From the NCBI GenBank assembly GCA_016748015.1, contig JAAOMT010000295.1:1116001-1180000 (forward strand): DNA of 64,000 bases, in the 5' to 3' direction. Position 1 is the first letter of the stretch. Each line of letters opens with the position of its first letter. Source of the stretch: Geosiphon pyriformis uo1. Taxonomy: Eukaryota > Fungi > Glomeromycota. The notes beneath the pieces were generated by a model that was not told the origin of the DNA, searched no databases, and worked only from the letters and a program-made list of their open reading frames with translations. Of the stretch, positions 25,840 to 39,409 are shown one piece after another. The position numbers and the translations under genes were made by a program.

Positions 25840-28800
25840 ACAGAGACAAAGCACTCCAGAAATTCACAAAAGTGGTAACTATTAAAACAGTAGAAAAAGA
25901 TCACTTCTCATATAGAAGAGCATTATTTCAATAATTTTAAAAAGACCTAGAAATACCAGCAGAAACCACTTATGCAGAAAGTAATTTTTGTAACTATATT
26001 AATGCAAAAATTGACTGCTTATTAGACCATGCAACCAACACAGAAAAACTTGAAAAACAAATCCATCAAAGCTTATTAGAGTATTCAACAGCCATGACTA
26101 CCCAAATAATTGCTAAAACTCTGTGCATAATTGATACAGACATTAAATATTATGTGGCAAAATGATTCCCTTAAGTACAACAACTAGTGGAATCTGACTT
26201 TAAGAAATATAAAAATAAATCCAACAACCCCACAACTGCTCAAGCCAAGTTCATAGTCAACAAGAAACCAAGGTTTCTTTCCTCAACAATTTTATTATAC
26301 TATCAAACACCTTAAAGTAGAATTGTATTCAATCCACCCCTGGAAACCCAGTTAAAAACACCACAAACTCCTGAAAATTCACATCTCTGGGGTTAACACA
26401 GTTGGACCAAATCATTAGGAGAATATGGATTGTTGTTTGGAAATCTCACCCCAACAATTAATAAAACAGATAGAAATATGTCAATGTGAGAACCACCATC
26501 AACCCAACTCTTGACTGAATCATTAACTATTCTCTCTAAAAAATCAGCTATTCTCCAGCTCATTAGGAAAATTAACAAAAAAAAACAACCAGAATTAGCA
26601 CCAGAAGAACACTCTAGCAAGCAAATACCAAACCTCTCAGTATTAACTAGTAAGACTCCACTTACTCATTAGATCATAACTTACCAAGATATTGCCAAAT
26701 TAGAGAAATTCTCTAGTGAAGAAGATGATGCATATACATGAACCATAAAAGCCAAGAAAGCCATTACTACCAACAATTGGGATGATGATAGAGCCATTCA
26801 AGTATTGCTATTCTTTCTAATTAGAACTGCAAACTTATGGTATCAAAGTCTTACAGAGAAACCAACCAACTTTGCCATCTTTAAACTTGTCTTTCTGCAA
26901 TACTTTTGTGATTCCAATACTCTCATCAGATTACAAAATCAGTTCAGTATCATAAAACAAAAAGATTATGAAGCAATGACTACTTATCTTAGATGATTTA
27001 ACCAAATCTTTTGTCAAATCCAGGCCATTGAAAGGGACTACTACACTGTGCTGCAAATCCTTAATCAATTTGTCAAAAGATTAAAGAGCAGTCTTCTCTG
27101 ATCCATAAAATCCTACCACCCAACAAATCTACAAGAAGCAGTTACTCTTGCTTGTAACTTTAAGTTAGCAAAACAAGAGGCTACCCATATTCAAGCCATT
27201 AATCTGGCTATCAATAGAACATCTGATATTAACACAAAAATAATTCAATTAAATGAGAAATTAACTCAAAAAATTAAGAGATTTTTAGCCAGTACCATAG
27301 AACCCTACCAGCTATTACAACGAAGAGATAGTAATAACAACAAATATCAACAACAACAGAATCATTAACAACAACAACAATCTTGGAGATCTGATTTCTG
27401 CAATTGTTACTATTGCCAGAAATCTGGACACATTGTCCAAGACTGCCATAAGAAAGTAATAAACCAAAATTAAGAAAATCAATATCAGCAACTAAAATAC
27501 TCTTAAAACATGGTATTCCAATACCCTATGTCTTAATATCAACTGTTTCAATACTTACAAATAATTTAGTATACCCAGCAACTGTCTCAGAACTACTACC
27601 AGCCATCACAGCCAATGGCTTAAGCAGTATTCTAATACCAAAATTTCATTAATAACCAACCTAGACATTGTGCAATTCATTATAACTAAGAATGGAGGAA
27701 TCCCAACAACAATCAGACACCAACTAATAATGTACCATTACAATCTCTAAATTGTAGTAATGTCTCATCTTGACCAGCATCAACTGGATACTCTAACCAA
27801 GCCTCATATCTTGGTCTCATAGAAAACCAAAATTTTTATAGCTCTACACCTTTAGAAAAAAAGGATGTAAAAGAAACTCTCAATTCTTTAAGGCAAAATC
27901 AAATCAACAATCTTATTCTACCTGCTACTATTACTGAAGATATTATCCTTGCCACTATTTTTCCCTTTAATATTAACAGTCTGAATACAAATAGCCTTTT
28001 TAGTAGAGCCATCATAAATCAGAACAAAGCAATCATGGCTCTGTATACTGATACTAGAGTCGAAAACATAGACATTAAATTAATTCTCAATAGCAGATTA
28101 GCAGACAGTATAATAACAAAACAACTTATGGATCAATTAGGTTACCAAGTAAATTGTACTGCAACTGTCTAAATCATTACCACAGATAGCAATACCAAAA
28201 CTTTAATTGAAGAAATTGATAACTTCTCCTTCAAAATCAATGGAATCTAAATTCCTATAAAAGTTCTGATCATAGAAACCATGCAATATCAAGCTCTTGT
28301 CAGAAATAACTAGTTGGCCAAAGCCCATGTCACTCTTGACTGAAACACACAGAAATTACAGATCACCTTTAATGAATGACATGCCTAAGTTTTGGCTATG
28401 TGCAAACATTTTAAGTTCAAAGCTTAGAGGAATTGCTAATTGAATTCAAAAACACAACACCACCACCAACCATAAAAACCTATTAAGTTTTGTGGATGGA
28501 CAATTTCCAAACAGAGTTATCTCCACCATCAACTTGAAAAGAAAAGAAAAAGAGAAAAGCAGAAGAAAAACTACAATTGGCACCTGCAGACTATTCCACC
28601 CCAAGTCAAGGAAGTCAATAGTATTAAATCCCAAAATTAATTTGTGTTGACTGTGGGAAAAAGTTATCTTCTATAAGTGCATGTATCAGAGATGATGAGA
28701 AATGGCCAACTGTCAACAAATATTACTGCAGATCTTGTGTATTGGAAAGATTTGGCAGACCAAAATGACAAGACAAATGGAACAATACACTATGCCTTGT

Positions 28801-31658
28801 CTGTGGCAAGATCCTGCCAGATGAAAAACTATAGAACAATGTTTCTGGCAAAGGAAAAACATGTGACGAAGCATGTTAATACACTATTTTGATCAATGAT
28901 TGGGTACAAAAATAAACTTTAATTAACAATGTCTGAAAATGAGCATTATAATAATTGGATGGATATCTCCATAATGAACATGAAATTTAGAAAATGATAA
29001 GTGTGAAAGCAGAGAGTGCTACAACTAGCAAATTACTGGAAATCAAAAACAACCCCTTATCTCTTCCAAAACCTGAATATATCATGACTTTTGACATCTT
29101 TGGCAACATTGAAGATGATTCAAAATACTTTTATGAACACTACCAGAATCTGGCATCAACTAGAAAAGAGCAAAAACAAAGATTAGCTGACCTAAACACG
29201 AAACTGTGTGATCATTGTTTAATTTCTTGCTACTTTCAGTATTATAACAAATGTGATATCATGTTCAACCTGCCTTCAAAAAAACTATACCCAATCACCA
29301 AACTACCAAAACCCAAGGTAGAAGAGGAATTAATCACCAAAGACATATCATTTTAAAGATCCAACTAAGGATACCAAAACAGAACAATATCTCACATATC
29401 CCAACCTATCCAAAGAATTAGAATTAAAATGGTACAGTAACAATGAAAAAGAAATCTGCTCTAAAAGAACACATAATACTGATGCTGATTTTGATTTATG
29501 ATACCCTGGATAATTACCCATAATTATAGCCCTACATTTTCTTGTAAAAATAGATCTTAAAATAGCATTAGAAATTCCTGTTAGTACAATGATACAAGTT
29601 GTCTTTTGATCTGATTTAGCCAAAAAAATTCAACATAAAGGGAGGAATCATTAATGCTGGTTACACGGAAAACATTATAGTGATACTACAGAACAATTTG
29701 AACAAACCCTACAAAATAAAATCACAAAAAAAGATTGTGCAAGCTATCTTTTTACTTCTAATCAAAATATCCCAATTAATCCCAATAACAATCTGAAGAG
29801 AATTAGGCCTTATTGTCTGAAAAATTTAGGAATTTAGATCAAGTAGAAAAGGAAACATACCAATCAACTTCATGGAGGAAGATAGTAACCAGATAGAACT
29901 TATCTATACTGACACAGTTATCTCCATCCTCCCTTACTGACAATACATCCTCAAGATGAATTAAAAGATCCAAGATCAAGTCTTGTTATTTAAAGCTAAT
30001 TCTGAAATCTGTTCCTTAGCCAATGTTGCTAACTTATATCTACTGACCAAAGCCCATAAATACTTTAAAATTCTCATATACAACTCCACAGAAGATGTAA
30101 TTGAAATCCCCAAAGAGATCCTTGTTGGTTTCATCTCACCAGACATTCAACATCCCAAAAAACTCCAGCCCATCCCAGATTTTGTGCAATTGTTCTTATT
30201 TTGTGATATCACTTCACAAGTATAAAATCAGCTGAAAGAAAATTACTTGTTTATGTCAGAAGAGATCAATAAATTGAATCTTAAGAACTTAAGTATTTTG
30301 CAGCAAATACAACTCAAGGTTTTTCTAAATCAATACACCAATGTCTTTGCCAGCAAAAATGTGTTCAGATGCACTGACATTATGAAGCATCAGATTGATA
30401 CAGAAGACACTCAACCTATTAAACAATGGGCTTACTGAGTATTCTCATCTGGTGACAATCTTATCAAACAAGAAGTCCAACAAATGCTCAACAATGGCTT
30501 AATTAAGGAATTATTAAGCCCTTGGTTTTCTTTAGTAGTTCTGGTTACCAAGAAAAATAGAAAGATACAATTCTGCATGAATTACTGAAAATTAAATAGT
30601 GTTATCTAAGAAGATAGTTACTCCACTCCTTTTATCCAAGAAATCCTGGACAATCTAAGAAAAAAAAAATGATTCTCATTATTAGACCCAGTCAGCAGAT
30701 ATTGGCAGATCAAAATAAATCCCAAAGATAAAAAAAAAATAGCATTTACCACTCAAAATAGAAACTTCGAGTTCAATGTAATGCTCTTTGGACTCTACAA
30801 CACTCCTGCTATATTCTAATGCCTTATGGATGTTATGTATAAAGAAATTTTTTGGAAATCAGTCGTAATTTACTTAGATGACACAAACATGTTCTCTGAA
30901 ACATTTGATGCATTTTTAACAAGTCTTTGAATGCCTTCGAAATGCCAGATTAAAACTCAATTCTGAGAAATGTTTCTTTGGAAAAACCAAGTTGAAATTC
31001 CTAGAACACATAATTAGCAAAGACAAAGTCAAATCTAACCTGGACAAGGTCCAAAAATTTAAAAATTTTCTAGTCTTAATCAACTTTTAAGAGTAACAAA
31101 AATTTTTAGGATTGGCAAGATACTACTGCTAATTCATCAAAGAGTTTTTAACTATTGCAAAACTTCTTTACTACTTGTTGTCCAAATACATATCATACTT
31201 GTAAAAAGAAGATCAATAAAAAGCCTTCGACTATTTCAAACAGCAACTGATCACATCCCCAATATTAATCTAACTTCACTAAATGTTTTATTGTCACTAT
31301 AGACACTTTAAAGAACACACTAGAAACTGTCTTGTTGCAAATAAGACCAGACAACAGAGAACATCTAATTGTGTATGCTAGTTATAACACAAGTCCAGCT
31401 GAAAAAATTTACAGTACAATAGATCTAGAATGCCTCACCATTTATTGGGCAGTACAAACATAGAAACACTATCTTAGTCAACTATTTGACTTATATACAG
31501 ATCATAAGAGACTCATTTGGTTACTCAATAATCCACAACTGGAAAGAAAATATGTAAGATAGAGTACTTATCTGCAACAATTCTTATTCAAAGTTCATTA
31601 CAAAAAAGGATCCAAAAACACCAATGCTAACAGTTTGTTAAGAATGTAACAAACTTAA
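25840..31658 (+). pseudogene. Element C gag-PR-Cys-rich-dUTPase-RT-RNase H polyprotein
   Basis: Capsid-like WYQSL (26805-26996), zinc knuckle CYYCQKSGHIVQDC ~27406, protease LILNS ~28080, dUTPase DADFDL ~29480, RT YLDDT ~30871, ends NANSLLRM*QT*. Confidence 0.9.
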
Positions 31659-31668
31659 TCCCAGACCC

Positions 31669-33036
31669 ATAGACACACTCACTTATCAATGACTACATTA
31701 GTACCTATTAACACTATATTTCAAGGAGATATTATCTCAACAGAAACAAAGTACCATATAAAAACAAGCCTGAAATTATTTTATTTAAGACAACCAACTA
31801 TATTGACAAAAATGCTGAAACTGCCCCACTTCACAACAAGTTATAAAAAACAATAAAAAAAAAACTATATTACATAGTATGCATTTTAATCCAACCACAA
31901 GACACTTTAACAAAAATGTTATTCTCAAAAGAACACTAAATTTATACTATTGGTCAATAATATACAAAGATATTTTCGAATATGTGCTCAATTGTGACTT
32001 ATGCCAACAAAGAGGAAAAGCAAGATCAACAGAACCACTTCAATCCATTCCAGTTGAAAATTTATTTGATAGAATTAGGATCAATTTGGTTGGATCTTTT
32101 TTAATTATATTCCAAAAAAATTGCTATATTACTATAGCCATAGACTATCTTACAAAATGGCCAAAAGCCAGAGCAATCCAAGTAACCAATGCCAAAACAG
32201 TAGCCAAATTTGTGCATCAAGACCTAATTTGCTAACATGGATGTCTGAAAGAATTATTATCTGATCAGGGAACACATTTTATTAATAATATGCTAACTGA
32301 ACTAAGCCAACAGTTTGGAATAAAGTAACTCTTATTGTTATCATACCACCCACAAATGAATGGACTGGTAGAACAATTTAACCAAATACTGTGCAAAGCA
32401 TTAGTAAAAATAAGTCATAAAAACAAACAAAAATGGGACTTATTCATATCTTCTGTACTCTTTGCATACTGAATATTGAAACAAAATACAAATTAGTTCA
32501 CACTATTCAAACTAGTCTATAGAAGAAAAGCTACATTACTAATTGAATGAGTAATATTGTCATGCCCAACAGAAACAATTAATAAAGAAAATTTTGAAGT
32601 AATCTTATATCATAAGACATACCAGTTCATGAAAATATTAGAAAATAATTGTAAAACAGCAGCTGAAAACATTAGTAATGCTCAGAAACAACAAAAAGAA
32701 AGACATGATAACCACCTACCAAAACAACCAATGGAATTCAAGATTGAAGACCAAGTACTATTACATCATATAAAAGCTAAGAAACAGTGGATTGAAAAGT
32801 TTGACCCAAAGTGGAACAGTCTATTCCACATACACAAAGCTTTAAGAAATAGAGCTTACAAATTATGATTGGAAGACAGAATTTTAAAGAAAGTAGCACA
32901 TGGAAATTGGTTAAAAATTTATTATGCAAAACAGGAATTATTATCATCAGTACCTCAGCTAGAAACACAAATTTCATTAATCAGACTAGAAGATATACCA
33001 CGAGATCTGGAACCAATCATCATTATTGAAATATAG
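31669..33036 (+). pseudogene. Element C integrase (separate ORF)
   Basis: Starts (M>I)DTLTYQ; MHFNPTTRHF..CDLC; LLSDQGTHF; NGLVEQFN; GPY/F-like KFDPKW; ends DLEPIIIIEI*; no chromodomain. Confidence 0.9.
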
Positions 33037-33116
33037 ACAATGTACAGCAAATTAAATTAGGGAATTCAAATATATATAGCATCTAAAAAACAGTAAGAAA
33101 CAATAGAACTTTCAAC

Positions 33117-33854
33117 ATGAACTTGTCAAATCAAATTCTACAACTTTTAAAACAACTATTTGGTGCAATTCAACAATCTTCTGCTCAAATAAAAGTGACA
33201 ATTGATAAAAAAAAAATATGCTATAAAGATAGGAGCAAGAAAGAGATGTGTGTAAGTTCAATTAAAACTAACTGTTCTCATTTTTACACTCCACCTAAGA
33301 AAAAAATTTTACAAAAAAGAATTAAATCGTCTTGGATGGAGCTTGAAGAAAGAGTGGAGGAATGAGAAAAAGTTTATAAAAAAAGATACTTGGTCTCTGA
33401 ACTCCAAAAAATTAAAGAAGCTTTAGCTTATGAAATCAATTTCCTCAAAACAGGAAAATAGACACCAAACAATACAAAAAAATGAAAAGAAAGACTTCCT
33501 TCAGCTTATTGGTTCTACAAAATAGGTAAACAATTAGACTTAAAAACACTATATGGATACTTTAGTCAAAAAACTTTCAACAAAAAAGCAATGCAACAAG
33601 TAGAAAAATTTGTAGGAAGAAGCAACCTGACTCTATATTACAAAGCAGTATATTGACTATATGCTGCTTTCCAATATTGTCCAAATGTACTGTTGTATAA
33701 ATCTATAAAGATGATAACAGTTAACAACATAGGACAAATTACCAATTAACAGTTCAAAGACCTACAAAAAACAATACTTGACACAATTATCAAACTTTAC
33801 ACAAATAAAGACATAAAAACAGATACATATGATTTCACAAAAGCTCAATTCTAA
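33117..33854 (+). pseudogene. Element C ORF3
   Basis: ATG 33117 MNLSNQILQLLKQLF...YWFYKIGKQLDLKTLY...DFTKAQF*; the stop overlaps the PPT. Confidence 0.85.
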
Positions 33855-33868
33855 AAAGAGAGGGATAA
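33853..33868 (+). promoter_or_regulatory. Polypurine tract of C
   Basis: AAAAAGAGAGGGATAA immediately before the 3' LTR TG. Confidence 0.9.
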
Positions 33869-34454
33869 TGTTACCCAAATAGAAAAACTGATCCGAAGTT
33901 ATAAAAAATGTGACCAGAATGTGACATAATACAGAATAGCATTCAATAATATTGGATAATACATTATAACTTATAATAACACAGAATAATGCATTACATG
34001 TGGGATAATACATAATAATACTAGATAACACTAGATAATGTGTTATAACATAGGATAACTAGTAATAACGTAGAAAAATGAAACAATAACAGAAATAACA
34101 AAGCAATAATTAACAATAATGAAACAATTAGAAACAATCCTATAAAACCAAAAAAATGTATAAAAGCAAGTAGTTGTAGAAAGTAGAAATAGACAGACAA
34201 ATAGATATGAACCACTAGACAAAAATCAAATATCTATACCCTTTTATCATTTATTATATTCTATATTCATTTTCTAAAATAAATCAATTATTAAGAAATC
34301 AGAATTATGAATTCATGTTCTCAAACTTTGTGGAATTTACATAAATTAACCATTGTTTCATACCTTTATTCCAGGACAGATGCTCTTAGCATAACTGCCT
34401 TAAACTAATAACAATTTGGACCAATTGCTCTTGATCATGACAATTGACAATACT

Positions 34455-34502
<48 letters not shown>

Positions 34503-34662
34503 CTTTTTATTTTATTTTATTTTATTTTTATTCTTTTGTGGAGTAACAACATAGTAAAATCAATTGTCTGGGAATAGACTTTATGATAGCCTGGTAAAAG
34601 AGAGAAGCTCCCTCTAGGTTTTTGAATATTAATGTTATCTTAATAGCTTATCAGAAGAGTGA
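33869..34662 (+). repeat. Element C 3' LTR, left part
   Basis: Aligns to 24811-25546. Confidence 0.93.
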
Positions 34663-35466
34663 TGTTACAGATAATTATTTGGAGTCTCAAATCAAATAAC
34701 AAATCTGTAACTTGGTGCTCAATATTTTGATAATGCTGGTAATACTGATATGTTGGTTGTATTTAAAAGTTTTTAGAATGGAGTTTTTTGTATAATAGAC
34801 AGAGATTTAATTGTTGTTTTCTCAGTAACCTCTCAGAATCACAATTCTGTCGAATTTTTTTCTCAGCATGGTGGCCAGTAATCTTGGTAGAAATGCTCTT
34901 CTGGTAAGCTATCTGTTAATATATATACTTCTTATACCCTTCCTTAGGGGTCTTTTACCAGGCTATTCTTGATGTTAATAACTTAGCACTTAACTTTTAA
35001 TCAATTAGTAAAACAAAGAAATAAAAGAAAATAAAAGAAAATAAACAAAAAAACAATTACAAGTTAGTATTCTGTCAATAGCTGTGATTAAGAGCTATTG
35101 TTCCAGTATGGTTAAGTATCAATTATTATCAACATGAAGTGTTGATAATGAGAGTGAATTTAAGATAGAGAATAATTATTTATTGATATTTATGGATTGG
35201 AAGGTCACTTAGATAAAATCTAAACTAAGAGGTCTGTTTTTTTTACTTCTAATGCTACCACTATATATACATAATTTGGGTTCTATGAGATCACTTATAT
35301 TCTTGAGCAATATGCCATATTTTCTTGATATTGCTCCATATTGCTGAATGATATGCCATGATTTCTGACATTGCTTTATATTGCTAAGCAATGTGCTCAT
35401 GTGCTAACTACTACTTTCTTATTGGCCTACTATTTTTCTATATCTGTTTTCTTTTTATGAGTAATA
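34663..35466 (-). repeat. Element D 3' LTR (804 bp, U3 array type II)
   Basis: TGTTACAG...GAGTAATA termini; PPT AAAAGGAGGAGATAA at 35467-35481 (minus strand). Confidence 0.95.
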
Positions 35467-35479
35467 TTATCTCCTCCTT

Positions 35480-36115
35480 TTAATATTGAGCTCTATCGAA
35501 ATCTTCATTTTGAATTAATTTTAGTACTTCTTTTTCAAGTATTGTTTATTTGACTCTGTTTCTTATGTCTTCTACTTGTGTATTGTTCATTTTTCCCCAT
35601 TGGTTAATGGTTATGGTTTTTATGTCAGAGTGTAACAGTATTTCTGGATAGTTCCAAAATATGTTGTATAGTCAGTACATTGTTTTAACATATAGTGTTG
35701 AATTTATTTTCTTTCCGATAAATTCTTCAATTTGTTGTATTATGTCTTGGTTGAATATTTTCTTGAATTTGTTGATATACAACTCCTGAATATTCAACTT
35801 TTGACCTAACTGGTAGTAGCAATATGATATTGGAAGTTGTTCTGTCCATTGCTTCCAATTTTTTTTTGTAAGCTCTTCTGTTGGTGCTATAATAGGTATT
35901 TTCTCAAAAGTGTTCTTAACTTTTTCTATTAAGTTATCTGTCCAGTTTTTATTATTCTTTGATGGCTGCTGATATGATGTCTTCTTTGTCTTTCTTTGGG
36001 TGTTTTAATAGCAAATTATTTGGTTGTTAATAACAATTTCCATGTCTAACTGTTGTTGATTTAAGGCCTGGAACAATTGTTGAGCTATAATGTGAATATG
36101 ATCTGGTATTTCCAT
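35480..36115 (-). pseudogene. Element D ORF3
   Basis: ATG 36115 MEIPDHIHIIAQQLFQAL...YCYYQLGQKLNIQELY...EDFDRAQY*. Confidence 0.85.
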
Positions 36116-36167
36116 TTTTCTTGGTTGCTTTTGTCACATGTACTGTGTTTTTATACTTTTTGGTTGT

Positions 36168-37550
36168 TCAATTTGACATGTTTGGTTCAATAACTATGAT
36201 TGGTTCCAGATCTCATGAAATCTCATTTGGTTGAACTAGTATTCTTTGTACTCCCAGTTGTAGAATGTTATTGGTAGATGATGATGTTATCTGATAATAT
36301 GATTTTAGTTGATTACCATATGCTGCTTTGGCTAAAATTTTGTTGTCTCATCTTAATTTATAAGCTCCATTTCTTAGAATTTCTTCTATGTAAAATGGTC
36401 TGTCCTATTTGGGGTCAAATTTTCCACTCCATTGTTTTTATGCTTTGGTACAATGTAATAGTACTTTGTCTCCAATCTTGAATTCAACTGGTTTATCTGG
36501 TAGTTGGTTATTGTGTCATTTTTTTTGCTTTTCTTGTAACTTTTGGATGTTATCAGCTGCTTTTTGTCATCTGTTTTCTAGTGTTTCTATTAAGTTATAT
36601 GTTTTTCTCAACAATGTTTCTTGAAAATTATCTTCTGTTATTGGTTCAGTTGGATATGTATTGACCTTTATCTTAACTGGTAATGTTGTTGTTTTACTGT
36701 ATACTAATTCAAATGGTGTTGCTTGTGTGGTATCCCGCTTTATTGTCTAATAAACAAATAATATTAATAGTATAACCAAATCCCATTTATTCTGGTTTTC
36801 TTAGCTAATTTTGGCTATTGTTTCACACAGTGTCCTGTTGAACTTTTCAACTAACCCATTTATTTGTGGATGATATGGTGATAATAGTGGTCTTTTTATT
36901 CCAAATTTTTGACTTAATTTTGCTAATGTTTTATTTACAAAGTGAGTTTCTTGATTCAATAATAATTCTTTTAGACATCCATGTCAACAGATCAGATCTT
37001 GATAAACAAATTTGGCAATGGATTCTGCATTTGCTCTTTGAATGGCTTTTGCTTCTGGCTATTTAGTAAGATAGTCCATAGCTACTGCAATATATTTGTT
37101 GCCTCTGCTGGTAATTGTTAATAATCCTACTAAGTCAATTCCAATGTAATCGAATGGTTGTCCCACTTTGATTGGTCTCAATGGTTCACTGGATTTTGTT
37201 CCTCTTTTTCACTAACAAACATCACAATTTTAAACATATTGGATGATATTTGGGTACATTAATGGCCAATAGTATTTTTTTCTAGTTCTTTCTATGATTG
37301 CTTCTTTATGAAAATGTCCTGCTGTTGGATCTGAATGCATATTAAACAATATTGTCTCTTTTTCTGGTTCTGTAACTACTCTTGTTGGCTGGTCTGGATT
37401 TCTTCTGTTTTTTCAGTACAGTATATTTTGATAACTGATAAAATATTTTGATTGTTGTTTTATGTTGTTTTGTTCTTTTTGAGATAATTTTTCCTTAAAC
37501 AATTGGGTATTTATATAATGTTGAAGTTGTTGGTGTTTTTGTATATTTAT
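36168..37550 (-). pseudogene. Element D integrase (separate ORF)
   Basis: Start ATA (ATG in A and B); MHSDPTAGHF..CDVC; IGIDLVG; NGLVEKFNRTL; ends DLEPIIVIEPNMSN*. Confidence 0.9.
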
Positions 37551-39409
37551 CTTTTGTTATATTTTTGAGTTGAAATGTTTTTAGATTTGTCTCATTCATG
37601 ACAAACCATCAGCATTTCCATTGGTTTTTTTTTTTTTATAATGTACTGTATAATTGAATGGTAAAAGTTCTATTTTCTATCTGGCATAATGGTCATCTCC
37701 AAATTTTTGCTTTTGGATTGAAATCAATTCTTTGTGATCTGTATATATTTCAAACTTTTGGCTCAAGTATTTTTTTCATTTCATGACTGCCCAATAGATT
37801 GCTAAATATTCTAATGCTGGTGTTTCATAGTTTTTTTTAGCTCAACTTAAGCTTCTATTGGCATAAGCTACTAGATGTTCTCTTCCATCTGGTTTTTTCT
37901 ATGATAGTACTGCTCCCAATGTCTGGCCTGATGCATTGGTGGTGATAATGAATGATTTGTTGTGATCTGAATACATTAACACTAAAGATTGAATAAGCTT
38001 TCTTTTTAGTGTGTCAAATGCTTTTTGCTGAGCTTCTGTCCATTCATACTTTACATTCTTAGTTTGTAAATGATGGAGTGGCTGGGCCAGTTTAGAAAAG
38101 TCTTTGATAAAGTGGTAATAGTACTCTGCGAATTCCAAAAATGCTTTTAGTTCTGTAAGATTGTTTGGTACTGAAAAGTTTTTAACAACTTCAATCTTGT
38201 CTGGGTCTGTTTTGATGTCATCTTTACTCACAACATGTCTCAAGAATTTTAGTTCTGTTTTTCCAAAGAAGCATTTGTTGGCATTTAGTTTCAATCCTGC
38301 CTATTTGAATCTTTCAAATACTTGTTGGAGATGGTGTAAATGATCATCAAATGTTTTTGAAAACATATTGGTATCGTTTAAGTAAACAACTACTGATTTT
38401 CATAGTAATTAGTATAGACAATTTCCATGAGCCATTGAAATATTGCTGGAGCATTTATCAAGCCAAATAGCATGACTTCAAACTCAAAATTTCCTTCTCT
38501 TGTGGTAAATGCTGTTTTCTCTTTGTTGGCTGGGTTCATGGCTACTTGCCAGTAACCATTATCTAAATCCAGTGTTGAAAACCATTTATTTCTTCCAAAA
38601 GCGTCAAATAGTTCTTGAATTTTTGGAGTTGGATAGCTGTCTTCTTTGGTTACTCCATTTAGTTTCCAGTAATCCACACAAAAGCAGATTTTCCCATTTT
38701 TCTTTCAGACTAGTACTACTGGTGATGACCATGGACTCATTAATGGCTGAATTAGTCTGTTATTAAGCATCTGATTGATTTTTTGACAAATAATCTTATG
38801 ACTAGCTGGTGGTACTCTGTATATTCTTTGTTTAATTGGCATTGTATCTTCAGTCTTAATCTGATGTTGGATGATGTTGGTGTGGCCAAATTCATTTTTA
38901 CTAGCAAAGATGTTATTGAAATTGCTGAATAACATCCTTAGTTGCATCTGTTGGAATGGGTCTAGATTCCTTATGTTTATCTGTTCCAATTGTTCTGATT
39001 GGAGCAAATAACATTCACTTTGCCCATAGATGGTTTGTAATATGATGTTCACATATTTGCAAAGCTGTGGAAAATCTGGAATATGGTCTGGTGGTTGATC
39101 CTCAACTTCAGTGATCAAATATCTAATGACAGTTTTTTTTGGTATTTCCATAATATTTTCCATTGTGTTGTAGATGGAAATTTTGATGTTTTTAGGGCTT
39201 TTGGCTGATATGTAGATATTAGTAAGTCCAATCTTTCCTGATTCGCAAATGGTGACTTCTGCTTCAAACAACTGAGCTTGATTCTTTACTTTTCTTTTTA
39301 TGGCTAACATATACTGGTCATATGATAGAATAGAAATTGATTGACGGGTTGAGATAATTTTTCCTTTGTCAATAACCTTTTCCTTTGCCATATTAACTGG
39401 TACATCTAT

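Noticed and set aside
32870-33036. Chromodomain at the integrase C-terminus
   Set aside because: Tail is short and lacks the aromatic Y.VKW.G pattern
33117-33854. ORF3 as an envelope gene
   Set aside because: No signal peptide, TM anchor or obvious furin/fusion motif; too short
34663-34860. Classical Neurospora-type CpA RIP
   Set aside because: In the hand alignment many CA/TG sites are unchanged and differences are not concentrated at CpA; the sample is small
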